Notes: generated by a model from the sequence alone, not told the origin. Shown: positions 10,946 to 25,400, counted from the first letter of the stretch. The stretch is 64,000 nt of DNA from Eledone cirrhosa (GCA_964016885.1 OZ024752.1:8432001-8496000); one strand, 5' to 3'. Numbers and translations are program-made.

Positions 10946-13900
10946 ACCACCTGATCACCTGATCACCTATAGATCAGGGGAGCACTCTAGTCAGTTAGAT
11001 TTTATCCTCATCAGAGGACGTGACAGATGGACGGTCGTAAACACAAAAGCCTTCCCTAGTGAGGAATGTACATCCCAACATAGCTTAGTTGTCAGCGACC
11101 TCACGGTCAGAACTAGACGAGCCCTGAAACAGAGGCCAACCTGGAGAAGAAAGATCTGGAAGCTGAAAGTCCCCTCAACCAGTAACAGATTTAAAGATAT
11201 TTTACTCAACGCCTACGACAGTAAAGAAGAACAGATAGAGACATTTAACGTAGAAGAGAACTGGGAGTTCCTAAAAAATAACTTACTAGAGGCGACGGAT
11301 GAGGTTTGTGGATGGAGTAAGACCTCAAGCAGGAGGAGAGTGACTTGGTGGTGGAACAATAAGGTAGATGAAACAGTCAAGGCCAAGAGACAGGCATGGA
11401 AAGAATGGAAGAACGGGGGGAGCAGGGTACATTACATAGAGACCAAGAGGGAAGCTAGGCGACAAGTATACTTAGCTAGGAGGGAAGCAGAGGATAGAAA
11501 ATTCAAGCATGTTTTACAACGTGAGGACCAGAAACAGGAGGTATTCAAGATTGCGAGGCAGTGTGTCAGAGATAGTTGTGATGTCATTGGAGAGAAGTGT
11601 ATCCGGAATGATAAAGGTGAGCTTGCCCTCACAAGTGCTGAGAAGAAAGATGCATGGAAGAGTCATTATGATAGATTACTAAATGAGGAGAATGCATGGG
11701 AAGAAGAGACCCTACCCCACGTAGACCCTATAGAGGGACCAGCAGTACAAGTCAGCGGCAGCGTAGTAAGTAAGGCAATCAGAGATATGAAGATAGGGAA
11801 GGCAACCGGTCCATCGGGTATAGCTGCCGAGATGCTGAAGGCATCTGGGTCTGTAGGTCACACTATAACCACACGTATCGTTAACCAGGTAATACTAGAG
11901 GGGGCCATACCAAAAGATTGGTGCAGTAGCATCATTGTCAACTGCTACAAAGGTAAAGGCGATGCACTAGATAGAGGAAACTATAGAGGTATAAAGTTGA
12001 TGGACCAGGTCATGAAAGTAACAGAAAGAGTTATAGCACAGCTGATTAGGGACCGGGTGAATATAGACGAGATGCAATTTGGGTTTGTACCAGGGAAAGG
12101 CACCACTGATGCGCTCTTCCTTGTGAGGCAATTACAGGAAAAGTACCTAGCTAAAAGTAAGCCACTCTACTTGGCATTTGTCGACCTTGAGAAAGCCTTT
12201 GACAGAGTTCCACGTGCAGTAATCTGGTGGGCTCTTAGAAAACTAGGAGTAGATGAATGGCTTGTGAAAGCGGTACAAGCCATGTATAGGGGAGCAGTCA
12301 GCAAAGTTAGGATTGGCAATGAGTATAGCGAGGAATTTAGCGTACAGGTTGGGGTCCACCAGGGCTCTGTTCTTAGCCCTCTCCTGTTCATCATAGTCCT
12401 GCAGGCAATAACGGAGGAGTTTAAGACCGGATGCCCATGGGAACTCCTGTATGCTGATGACCTCGCACTCATAGCTGAATCTATGGTAGAACTAGAGAAT
12501 AAATTCCAAACCTGGAAGCAGGGACTAGAGAGAAAGGGCCTCAAAGTCAACATGACAAAGACTAAGGTCCTTATAAGTAGACGAGAAAACAGAACCCAGA
12601 TCCCCTCAGGGAAATGGCCTTGCTCAGTATGTAGGAAAGGTGTAGGTAGGAACTCCATTCTTTGCCCCAAATGCAAACAATGGGTACACAAGAGATGTAG
12701 CGGGATCTCAGGAAGCTTAATTAAGAATGTAGGATTCACATGCAGCAGCTGTGCTGAAACAGCAAGCAAACAGCCACAGGAAACAAGTACCACCAATCTC
12801 TGGGAGGGCCCTGTAGAAACAGTAGACAGCTTCTGCTACCTAGGTGACCGAATTAGCAACGGAGGTGGGTGCTCAGAAAGTACAATAACTAGGGTAAGAA
12901 CGGGATGGAAGAAGTTTAGGGAACTACTACCACTGCTAGCTGCAAAAGGCTTCTCCCTCAGAATGAAAGGCAGACTGTATGATGCGTGTATCCGAACAGC
13001 GATGTTGCATGGTAGTGAGACCTGGGCGCTGAAGGTGGAAGACTTACGTAGATTAGAGAGAAACGAAGCCTGCATGCTCCGATGGATGTGTAACAGTAAT
13101 ATACGTGAACGACAAAGCATAAATGAATTGAGAGAGAGACTGAGCATAAGAGGAATCAAATGCTGCGTGCAGGAGAGGCGGTTACGCTGGTATGGACATG
13201 TGATGCGTATGAAGGATGACAGCTGCATAAAAAGGTGCAGAGCACTAGAAGTTGATGGAAACCGCGGAGTGGGGAGACCCAAGATGACTTGGGATGAGGT
13301 GATAAAAGCCGACCTTACCCAACTACACCTCTCAAAGTCAATGACACACGACCGTGACTTCTGGCGTCACGCAGTAATACAGGGTACCCGACCTCCCATG
13401 GGTACATGCTGAAGCATATAAACAATATGCCCCCCCCCCCCCACCGCAAGGTGGTCGTGGAGGTGCCACGGCAAAAAAGCACCCAGCCCACACTGTAAAG
13501 TGGACGTGTAGGCGCCACGAAAAAGCACCCAGCACTCACTGTAAATGAGGTTGGTGTTAGGAAGGGCATCCAGCTGTAGAAATCAAGCCAGATCAGTTCC
13601 TGTATGAGCAAGGCATGGTCAGCCGACCAGACACTGCCCACAACAGGACAACCCGTCTAACCCATGCTAGCGTGGAAGAACGGACGTAAAACGGTGATGA
13701 TGATGATGATGATGATTATTAATATTATTACGTTCAAAGTAAAAGAAATATAAGCTTTCGCCGTTTTTTTGACTAAAGAAATTTTAGCCTGGTATCAGGG
13801 TTTAGAACCCTGTAAGTCTTAGAGTCTAAGAAATGGAAAAAGATGAGTATTGATATACACTATCAGGCTAAAATATCTTTAATCAAAAATATGGCGAAAG

Positions 13901-16900
13901 CTTCTATTTATAATTTCAAACTCGCTTGCTATTTCAAAAACAATCTTACTTGTCACACACTCACACACACATATATACATATAGGAAAATGTTCAAGACC
14001 CCGACGGCAGAGCTCATGCCGTTTCTGGACAGAAATAGCCGTCGAAACGTCTTGAGCTCTGCCGTCGGGGTCTTGAACATTTTCCTATTACCCACTCTAC
14101 TACCCAAAGTATTGAGTACTCTGGTGCGTTATGGTCCACCTAGTTCCTTACCACACTTCCTTCATTATATATATATGTGTGTGTGTGTGTGTAAGTATGC
14201 ATATGTACACACGCACACACACACATATATACACATACATATGTACGTATGGGTTATATCAAACATTAATAATAATGTTCGATTCGTTTGTAAACGGCCC
14301 GATTAAAGCTATGCCGTGCCGATGACCGATCGTCACCTGTTTGTTCAACACTGGCTTCGAGGAACAATCAACATGTTTCTGAGTCATTACCCTTTAGCAG
14401 GACTGTATACTGCCAATGGAAGTTAAAGGCCAAAACACTTGCATATATATATAATAGAAGCTGCTACATACAATATATATGCATATATATAAGCGAAACC
14501 TACAGTCAGTAGGCACCTCTTAACCAAATATACACCCCATCCCACTACCCCTACCCTATCCTCACACTCCCACCAAAACCACCCTCTCTCTGTAAAGTTG
14601 GTACCACAACATCCAGTCCAGATAAATGAGATAATGAGATCGAGAACGAGATCGTGTAGGTGTCACGAGAAAAAACACACAGTCCACGCTGTAATGTGGC
14701 CGTGTAGGTAACACGGTAAAAAGTTCCCAGTTCCACACTGTAAATGTGGTTGGTGTTAGGAAGGGCATCCAGCCATAGAAAACCTGCCAGATAGTCCTAT
14801 ATAAGCAAGACACGGTCACCCGACCAAGCTTGCCTCAAATTGGGACAACTCCCGTCTAACCCATGCTAGCGTGGATGATGATGATGATGATGATGATAAA
14901 CGATGATGATGATGATGATGATGATATACAGTGTACCTCCAGCATTCACGGAATTTTCCTGAGACCCTAACTAATAATTGTTCGTGGAAACCCCCTCATA
15001 TTTGCGGAATCGTAAATATCTTCCACGAGTTTTGGAAGGTTTTTTCGAGGTGATATATATTTTTTTAACACTAAATTATCAATAACACTCTACCGTATCT
15101 GCCGGCCTATTAGACGCCCCTTCGCATAAGACTCTCCCTCTTTTTTTTATTTTATTATATTTTACGTTATATTTTGACGTTTATAGGCATTTTTATGGAC
15201 CACGCCCAATATTCGTGGTTTTTCACTCTTTGTGGGAGCTCTAGGAGTGTAAACCCCGTGAATACCTGGGACAACTATATATATATAATTTAAGCTGCTA
15301 CACACACTATATATATATAATTTAAGCTGCTACACACACTATATATATATAATTTAAGCTGCTACACACACTATATATATATAATTTAAGCTGCTACACA
15401 CACTATATATATATAATTTAAGCTGCTACACACACTATATATATATAATTTAAGCTGCTACACACACTATATATATATAATTTAAGCTGCTACACACACT
15501 ATATATATATAATTTAAGCTGCTACACACACTATATATATATAATTTAAGCTGCTACACACACTATATATATATAATTTAAGCTGCTACACACACTATAT
15601 ATATATAATTTAAGCTGCTACACACACTATATATATATAATTTAAGCTGCTACACACTCTATATATATATAATTTAAGCTGCTACACACACTATATATAT
15701 ATAATTTAAGCTGCTACACACTCTATATATATATAATTTAAGCTGCTACACACACTATATATATATAATTTAAGCTGCTACACACACTATATATATATAA
15801 TTTAAGCTGCTACACACACTATATATATATAATTTAAGCTGCTACACACACTATATATATATAATTTAAGCTGCTACACACACTATATATATATAATTTA
15901 AGCTGCTACACACACTATATATATATAATTTAAGCTGCTACACACACTATATATATATAATTTAAGCTGCTACACACACTATATATATATAATTTAAGCT
16001 GCTACACACACTATATATATATAATTTAAGCTGCTACACACACTATATATATATAATCTAACCTGCTACACTATATATATATATATCATCATCATCATCG
16101 TTTTACGTCCGTTCTTCCACGCTAGCATGGGTTAGATGGGTTCTCCTGTTGTGGGCAGTGTCCGGTCGGCTGACCATGCCTTGCTCATACGATATATATA
16201 CAATATATGTTTGTTTGAATGTATGTATATAGGGAGTAAAAGACCCCTAGCCTTTGTCAGGGCATTCTTCTAGAAGGCAACTCAGGAAACTGGGATAACT
16301 CCGACACAAAACCTGCAGCTCAGTAGTTACCGATGATGTTGATCTTTTTCTTCTTTTCGGGTTATAGCTACTGTCGCTCAGAGAGTGGGATTGGCTCAGT
16401 GCACAGTCTTTCCTCACTTTAAAAAAAATCTTCACGCACAGGCATTACATGATAGAATAAATTAATAATTATTAATAATGTTATATCGTGCAATGGCCCA
16501 TAGGAGGGGGCAGCCATCATGTATAAATTATATATATAATTTAATCTGTTACTTACTCAATTCCAAGATCAATTTCTGGAATACCAGACAGCATCTGGTT
16601 TGACAACATGTCCTCACTTTTCTTTGTAGAAGATTCAACTTTTAGATTTTCAGGAAGTTGGTAGAGTGCATCCTCTGCATGAGCTTGTCTGTTGAAAAAT
16701 AAAACAAGTAGAAATTATTTTGTTTGATATTAAATGACATTAAATAGAAAATGTTGTGGTGGCTGGTGTCATGATAAAATGTACCTTGTCCACTCTGTAA
16801 TGTGGTGGTGCTGGTGTTACAATAAAATACACCTTGTCCACTCTGTAATGTGGTGGTGCTGGTATTACAATAAAATACACCTTGTCCACTCTGTAATGTG

Positions 16901-19900
16901 GTGGTGCTGGTGTTACAATAAAATGCACCCTGTCCACTCTGTAATGTGGTGGTGATGGTGTTACAATAAAATGCACCCTGTCCACTTTGTAATGTGGTGG
17001 TGCTGGTGTCATGATAAAATACTGCCAGTACACATTGTAATGTAAATAAAATTTCAACAATTTTTTTATTTTATATTTCACAATCAGAAGTATTAGCAAC
17101 AAACTTTTGAAATATTTTATAAATCATACACTGTTCACTTTCCTGACATTTGTACATTATTCTATGTACTATACATGCACCTTTAATGAGTTCTAGTGTA
17201 CCTGAGCACTGTTCACAATAATTTACATTATTATTATAAATTGACGAGAAAAATGACTAAAACTTACTTTTCTTGACTCTTTTCTGTAACATGGCCTTTC
17301 TTCTTAGCTAATTCTTCTTCAACATATTTTAACCTGAAACAAAAATGACTCAGTCAAAGATTCTTCATAAAACCTTGAATTCTATCGTGTTGCATTTCTT
17401 TAGTAAAACAACTAAAATACTGTTAAACCTTCTGATACCAAACTGCCTGAAACTAATCCTTGTTTTACTATACATAGCTGTTTATTTGAAAATGTGTCTA
17501 CAGGTGTACTTCACCGTATGTCATTAATATATACAGGTATATCTCACCTTATATCATTAATATATACAGGTATACCTCACCTTATGTCATTAATATATAC
17601 AGGTATACCTCACCTTATGTCATTAATATATACCTCACCTTATGTCATTAATATATACAGGTATATATCACCTTAGGTCATTAATATATACAGGTATACC
17701 TCACCTTATGTCATTAATATATACAGGTATACCTCACCTTATATCATTAATATATACAGGTATATATCACCTTATGTCATTAATATATACAGGTATACCT
17801 CACCTTATATCATTAATATATACAGGTATACCTCACCTTATGTCATTAATATATACAAGTATACCTCACCTTATGTCATTAATATATACAGGTATACCTC
17901 ACCTTATGTCATTAATATATACAAGTATACCTCACCTTATGTCATTAATATATACAGGTATACCTCACCTTATGTCATTAATATATACAGGTATATCTCA
18001 CCTTATATCATTAATATATACAGGTATATCTCACCTTATATCATTAATATATACAGGTATACCTCACCTTATGTCATTAATATATACAGGTATACCTCAC
18101 CTTATATCATTAATATATTCAGGTATACCTCACCTTATGTCATCAATATATACAGGTATACCTCACCTTATATCATTAATATATACAGGTATATCTCACC
18201 TTATATCATTAATATATACAGGTATATCTCACCTTATATCATTAATATATACAGGTATACCTCACCTTATGTCATTAATATATACAGGTATATCTCACCT
18301 TATATCATTAATATATACAGGTATATCTCACCTTATATCATTAATATATTCAGGTATACCTCACCTTATGTCATTAATATATACAGGTAACCTCACCTTA
18401 TATCATTAATATATTCAGGTATACCTCACCTTATGTCATTAATATATACAGGTATACCTCACCTTATATCATTAATATATACAGGTATATCTCACCTTAT
18501 ATCATTAATATATACAGGTATATCTCACCTTATATCATTAATATATACAGGTATACCTCACCTTATGTCATTAATATATACAGGTATACCTCACCATATA
18601 TCATTAATATATACAGGTATACCTCACCTTATGTCATTAATATATACAGGTATACCTCACCTTATGTCATTAATATATACAGGTATACCTCACCTTATGT
18701 CATTAATATATACAGGTAACCTCACCTTATGTCATTAATATATACAAGTATACTTCACCTTATATCATTAATATATACAGGTATACCTCACCTTATGTCA
18801 TTAATATATACAGGTATATCTCACCTTATATCATCAATATATACAGGTATACCTCACCTTATGTCATTAATATATACAGGTATACCTCACCTTATGTCAT
18901 TAATATATACAGGTATACCTCACCTTATATCATTAATATATACAGGTATATCTCACCTTATATCATCAATATATACAGGTATACCTCACCTTATGTCATT
19001 AATATATACAGGTATACCTCACCTTATATCATTAATATATACAGGTATACCTCACCTTATGTCATTAATATATACAGGTATACCTCACCTTATATCATTA
19101 ATATATACAAGTATACTTCACCTTATATCATCAATATATACAGGTATACCTCACCTTATGTCATTAATATATACAGGTATATCTCACCTTATATCATCAA
19201 TATATACAGGTATACCTCACCTTATGTCATTAATATATACAGGTATACCTCACCTTATATCATTAATATATACAGGTATACCTCACCTTATATCATTAAT
19301 TGGTTCCAGAAGTCAAGACAAGTTGAACCCCCCCCCCTCCACTATAATAATTTGACAGCGAGCTTGTTGGTTGTCAGATTTGTTGAAAACAAACGAAAAA
19401 CCTTAATTATTATCAATTTTATTTAGTGTCATCAGTGGTCAACATACTAAAACACAAACTTCCTTTTTATAAAAGGTCAACAATTTTTGGGGAGGGGAAA
19501 GTCAATTAAATCGACCTCAGTACATTACTGGTACTTTATTTTATCGACCCCGTAAGGATGAAAGGCAAAGTTAACCTCGGCGGGATTTGAACTCAGAACG
19601 TAAAGGGTCGTAACTGAGTACATCAAACGATGATAAAACAATACTTACATTTCTGCATCCTCATCTCGGATGTTAGTCTCGGCAGCAAAGGCTGTTCCTA
19701 TTGATTCAATATCACCTCCCTGCAGAGATCTAGAGGAAACAATGTAGGAAATAGAAGTTTTGTTACAAGAGACTGATGAATGAAGGGACTAGATGAGTGA
19801 GGACCTAGCCCTGTGTAGACCCATCTGAGGGGCAAGCCATAAATGGGATGACGATGAAGGTGATAGGGATGATGATGATGATGATGGTGGTGATAGTGAC

Positions 19901-22456
19901 GATAGTAATGCTGATGATGATGATGGTAATGATGATGATGATGATGTTGGCGGTGGTGATGATGATGGGGATGGTAGTGATGATGATGAGCAAAAAGTAA
20001 CAAGTTGAATGCATTTCTAAATTTAGAAGAAATGAAGGTTGTACTTACACACTGTTCTTAAGGGCCTTCATATCAACTATACCTCCAGTTTTCATTTTGA
20101 AGGGGTCACTCTGAAAAGACAGGGAAAACATTGATCAATCTTTTCAAATTATTTCAAAACTCGTTACTGCCAGTTTCATAGTAAAAATAGGAGGAAAGGC
20201 ATCCAGCCTAGATAAACCAAACCAAAAATGAGTATACAAGCAAGAGATGGTCACTTGACCAGTCTAGCTTTTGTAGGTGACAAACCATCTAACTCATGCA
20301 AGCATGGAAAACAGATGTTAAACAGTGATGATGATGATGATGATGACTTTAACCCTTATACATTACTCTATATATACTATTATATTTTAATGGTAAAGAC
20401 TTTATTTCACGGTTAGAATGTCTTAGGAGAGAATCGCTGGACAGTTGATATTATCTATTTTGAGGACAATACCTTATTGTAGGTATGAATGGTCAATTGC
20501 ACAGAAAGGGGTGAGAAAATTCTGGCCGGATACAGCCAGTTTAAATGCTGAAGAGTTAAAGAAACAATAAGTAAATAGTTACACATACAGCTTCAATTTC
20601 ATCCTTCTTTGTATTTTCACCAAAAGCTAAACTGGCGGCATTAACTCCTCTTGGTTTTTCCCTCAGCTTCTGAAGAGTTTTTATATCAGTCAAGGAGCTT
20701 CTGTAATAAAATCCACAAAAACATTTCTATTTGAAGAAACACACATATACAATATGATTTTCACTTTATATTTATTACAAGTTATTCGTTAGTTTGTCAA
20801 AGTTCTTTTGTCACACATTCTGTGACCTCCTCAATGACTATTTATTCTCTTTTATGCCTCATCTTTCTGGTCTTAATAATTAATATTAATGTACACGAAT
20901 TGTGTAGGTGTCATGACAAAAAGTATCCAGCACACACTGTCAATGTAGTTGGCGTTTGGAAGGGCATCCAGTCGTAGAAAACCGCCTAAAAACACCCAGC
21001 ACACTCTGTCAATATGGTTGGCATTAGGAAAAGCATCCAACCTTAGAAAACCAGCCAGAAACTCTCCTATATGAGCGAGACACGGTCACTTGACCCAACT
21101 TGCTTCTAATTGGGGCAAACCCATCTAACCCATGCAAGAATGGAAGGTAGACGTTAATTGACGATGATGATGAGACATTGATCAACTATACATGGTAATC
21201 TATTGGTAAACTATACAACAAGGCGGTGAATTGGCAGAGTTGTAAGAACGTCAGATAGAATACTTTCTAGCATTTGTTCTGGCTCGCTGCTCTCTCAATT
21301 CAAATCCCACCGAGGTCAACTTTACCTTTCATCCTTTCGAAGTCGATAAAAAAAAGTACCAGTTTAGTACTGGGGTCAATTCTTTTAAACCTTGCAGAGC
21401 CCATCTCCTCTCCAGGCCTGAATACAGCAGATTCTTTCCAGAGAAGGATAGAGAGAGTGTGAGAATAGAAGTAAGAAAGAGATATAGAGGAAGAATCAAC
21501 CCCGGTACTAGACTGGTACTTTTTTATTGACCTCGAATGGATGAAAGCCAAAGTTGACCTGACTGGGATTTGAACTGAGAGAGCAGACCATTCTATCCGA
21601 CGTTCTAACCACTCTACCATTCTATCCGACGTTCTAACCACTCTACCATTCTATCCGACGTTCTAACCACTCTACCATTCTATCCGACGTTCTAACCACT
21701 CTACCATTCTATCCGACGTTCTAACCACTCTACCATTCTATCCGACGTTTTAACGACTCTACCATTCTATCCGACGTTCTAACCACTCTACCATTCTATC
21801 CGACGTTCTAACCACTCTACCATTCTATCCGACGTTTTAACGACTCTACCATTCTATCCGACGTTTTAACGACTCTATCAATGGCAGAACCTATCAATGA
21901 TATATTTTAATCTGTGGAATCTCATGAATTTTCTTCAAATTCTTTTGTGAAGATTCAAAACTATTCCCCATGACCATCATCCTGGCTGGTGTCATTCCGA
22001 GTTAGTTTCCACTCAACTGAAGTCAACGTGGAAGTTTCTATATGTTCACTTCTCTCAAATAATACCCTACTGTATTTAAAGAAAAAGTTATTTGACATTG
22101 TGTAATGTAGTCCTAAACACATGTCGAAAGAAAGAAAAGATGGAATGGTCAATGCTGGGATCTTTGATCAAGACATGCCTGGGGCTAAACATTTCACTAG
22201 AATGTTAAGAACAGCTACATGAAAACATACACCGTAATTGGATCAAAATCTCCACCGAAAAGGATAATTTACAATCTACTAGCTGATAATTCACACGGAA
22301 ATATAAATATCATTGTATATATGTGTGTGTTTATCCCGGGTCCATTCGGTAAGTAAGGGACTCAATACATAGCAGAGTATAAATATTTAATATAGAAATG
22401 GCTTCTACAGGACTAGAACTGTTTCATTCAGAGCCACGAAACATAGACCACATTGA

Positions 22457-22493
<37 letters not shown>

Positions 22494-25400
22494 CCCCCCC
22501 CCCCCCTCTTTGTTTCGGCCGCGGTTGGCCAACATAGCCCCCCCCCCCCTGCGCCCCATCCTCCAAACACAATCCAAAACTTCAGAGTTGGTACCATGAA
22601 TGTAGGCACCTTAAAAGGCCGCTCTAACGAGGTTGTAGAATTGCTTGAACGTAAGGAGGTTGATGTTTGTTGTATTCAAGAGACCAGGTGGAGGGGTGGG
22701 TCTGCTAGATTCATTGAGGGTAAAAAACGTTGCTATAAGCTTTTCTGGGTGGGGAATGACAATGGGATAGGTGGGGTAGGAATCATGTTAGCAGAAAAAT
22801 GGGTGGATAAGATAATAGATGTAAATAGAGTGAATGACAGAATAATTAAAATAAGACTTGTTCTAAACAGAACTACTGTGACAGTAATATCTGCATACGC
22901 GCCCCAATCCGGACTGCCTGGCGCTATAAAAGACAGATTCTATGAGACACTGATGCTCACTACCTCCCAAATAACCGACAGTGACTATATAATTATTGCT
23001 GGCGACCTAAATGGTTACGTTGGACAACATTGTGACGGCTATGACGGAATCCACGGAGGCTATGGGTTTGGTACTAGAAACGAGGAAGGCTCCAGAATCC
23101 TGGAATTCTGTGATGCAAACAACCTAACTATCTGTAACACTAACTTCAAAAAACGAGACAATCACTTGATCACCTACAGATCAGGGGAACATACCAGCCA
23201 GGTAGATTATATCCTTACCAGAAGACGTGACAGAGTGTCTGTTGTAAACACTAAATCCCTCCCCCATGAAGAATGCACCTCCCAACATAGACTGATAATT
23301 AGCGACCTCATAGTCAGGACGAGACGTACTAGACAGCAGAAGAGAACTATCCTCAGGAGAAAAATATGGAAGCTAAAGGATCCCACAGCCAGAAATAAAT
23401 TTCAAAGCATATTACTTGATGCTTTCGACAGTAAGGAAGAGCAATTAGAGTCGTACAAGGTAAAGGAACAGTGGGAATTCCTGAAAGCAAACCTGCTGAT
23501 GGCGGCAGACGAAGTCTGTGGCTGGAGCAGGCCTGTAGGCAGGAGGAGAGTAACATGGTGGTGGAACAGTAAGGTGGAGGGGTCAATCAAGGCCAAAAAG
23601 CAGGCTTGGAAAGCATGGCGGGATGGGGGAAGTAGAGAAGACTATCAAGTGGCCAGGAGGGAAGCTAGGAGACAAGTGTACTTCGCAAGAAGGGAAGCAG
23701 AGGAAAGAAAGTTCAAGCATGTTCTACAACGCGAGGACCAAAAACGTGAGGTGTTCAGGATTGCTAGGCAATGTGTCAAGGAAAACCGTGATATTGTCGG
23801 GGAGAAGTGTGTACTTAACGATGATGGCGTATTTGCCATCACTGACGCTGATAAGAAGGTAGCTTGGAAGTGTCACTACGAAAGGCTACTAAATGAGGAG
23901 AATAAATGGGAGAAAGACAGTCTCCCCCACATCGACTCAATAGAGGGACCAGCAGTGTTAGTTGAAGGTAGTATAATAAGTAAGGCAATCAAAGATATGA
24001 AGACGGGTAAGGCGGCTGGGCCTTCGGAAATAGTTGCTGAGATGCTGAAAGCCTCCGGTACGGTGGGACACACCATGGTCACCCGGATAGTAAACCAAGT
24101 CATACAGAATGGGGTTGTTCCGAAGGACTGGCGTAGCAGCATCATCGTTAACTGTTACAAGGGTAAAGGAGACGCCCTAGATAGGAGTAACTATAGAGGC
24201 ATTAAATTAATCGACCAGGTCATGAAGGTCACGGAAAAAGTAATAGCGCAACTAATCAGAGAGAGAATTGATCTAGATGAAATGCAGTTCGGGTTTGTGT
24301 CAGGCAAAAGAACCACAGACGCTCTTTTCATTGTACGACAACTACAGGAGAAGTACCTAGCTAAGAGTAAACCCCTATACTTAGCTTTTGTCGACTTGGC
24401 GAAAGCCTTTGACAGAGTCCCCCGTTCCATTATCTGGTGGGCTCTTAGAAAACTAGGTGTTGACGAATGGCTTGTGAGAGCCATACAAGCCATGTATAAA
24501 GAAACAGTTAGCAAGGTTAGAATTAACAACGAATATAGTGAAGAGTTTAGCGTAAAAGTTGGTGTCCATCAGGGCTCTGTTCTTAGCCCCCTACTATTTA
24601 TTATTGCCCTTCAGGCTATAACAGAGGAGTTCAAGACCGGCTGCCCATGGGAACTCCTATACGCAGATGATCTAACGCTCATAGCTGAATCAATGGCCGA
24701 GCTAGAGAAGAAATTCCAAACATGGAAGCACGGCCTAGAATCAAAAGGCCTTAAAATTAACCTGGCTAAGACTAAAGTTCTAGTTTGTAGGAAAGAAAAT
24801 AAGGCGCCGGTCCCCTCCGGGAAATGGCCATGCTCAGTGTGTAGGAGAGGCGTAGGTAGAAACTCCATTTTATGTCCCAAATGCAAAGTATGGGTGCATA
24901 AAAGATGTAGTGGCATCACAGGTAAGCTAACTAAGAACATAGATTTTACATGTGGCCGGTGCTCTGGTGCAATAATTAGCAGCAAGTGCCCACAAAATAC
25001 TAGCTCTTTCAATTGCGCAGAGGGTTCTATAGAAATAGTGGACAGCTTCCGTTACCTGGGTGACAAAATCAGCAGTGGGGGAGGGTGCTCTGAAAGTACA
25101 GTAGCTAGAGTCAGAACTGGATGGAAAAAGTTCAGAGAGCTTATACCACTATTAGCCGCTAAAGGGTTCTCCCTAAAAATGAGAGGCAGGTTGTATGATG
25201 CCTGCATACGAACAGCAATGTTGCATGGCAGTGAGACCTGGGCATTGTGTGCAGAGGATATATGCAGACTAGAGAGGAACGAAGCTTGCATGCTCCGCTG
25301 GATGTGTAATAGTAATATATGTGAACGGCAAAGCATAAACGAACTAAGGAAAAAATTAGAAATAAGAGGGATCAGATGTTGTTTACTCGAGAGAAGGCTA

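Noticed and set aside
12167-13641. Antisense ORFs within the LINEs (also 23353-25336 and 60025-61067)
   Set aside because: Shadow frames of the RT ORF and UTR; no recognisable domains
17494-19355. Long repetitive ORFs (SLIYTGIPHLM)n
   Set aside because: 33-bp intronic minisatellite read in a stop-free frame
19698-20014. Poly-His/Ile ORFs
   Set aside because: (GAT)n microsatellite inside intron 3
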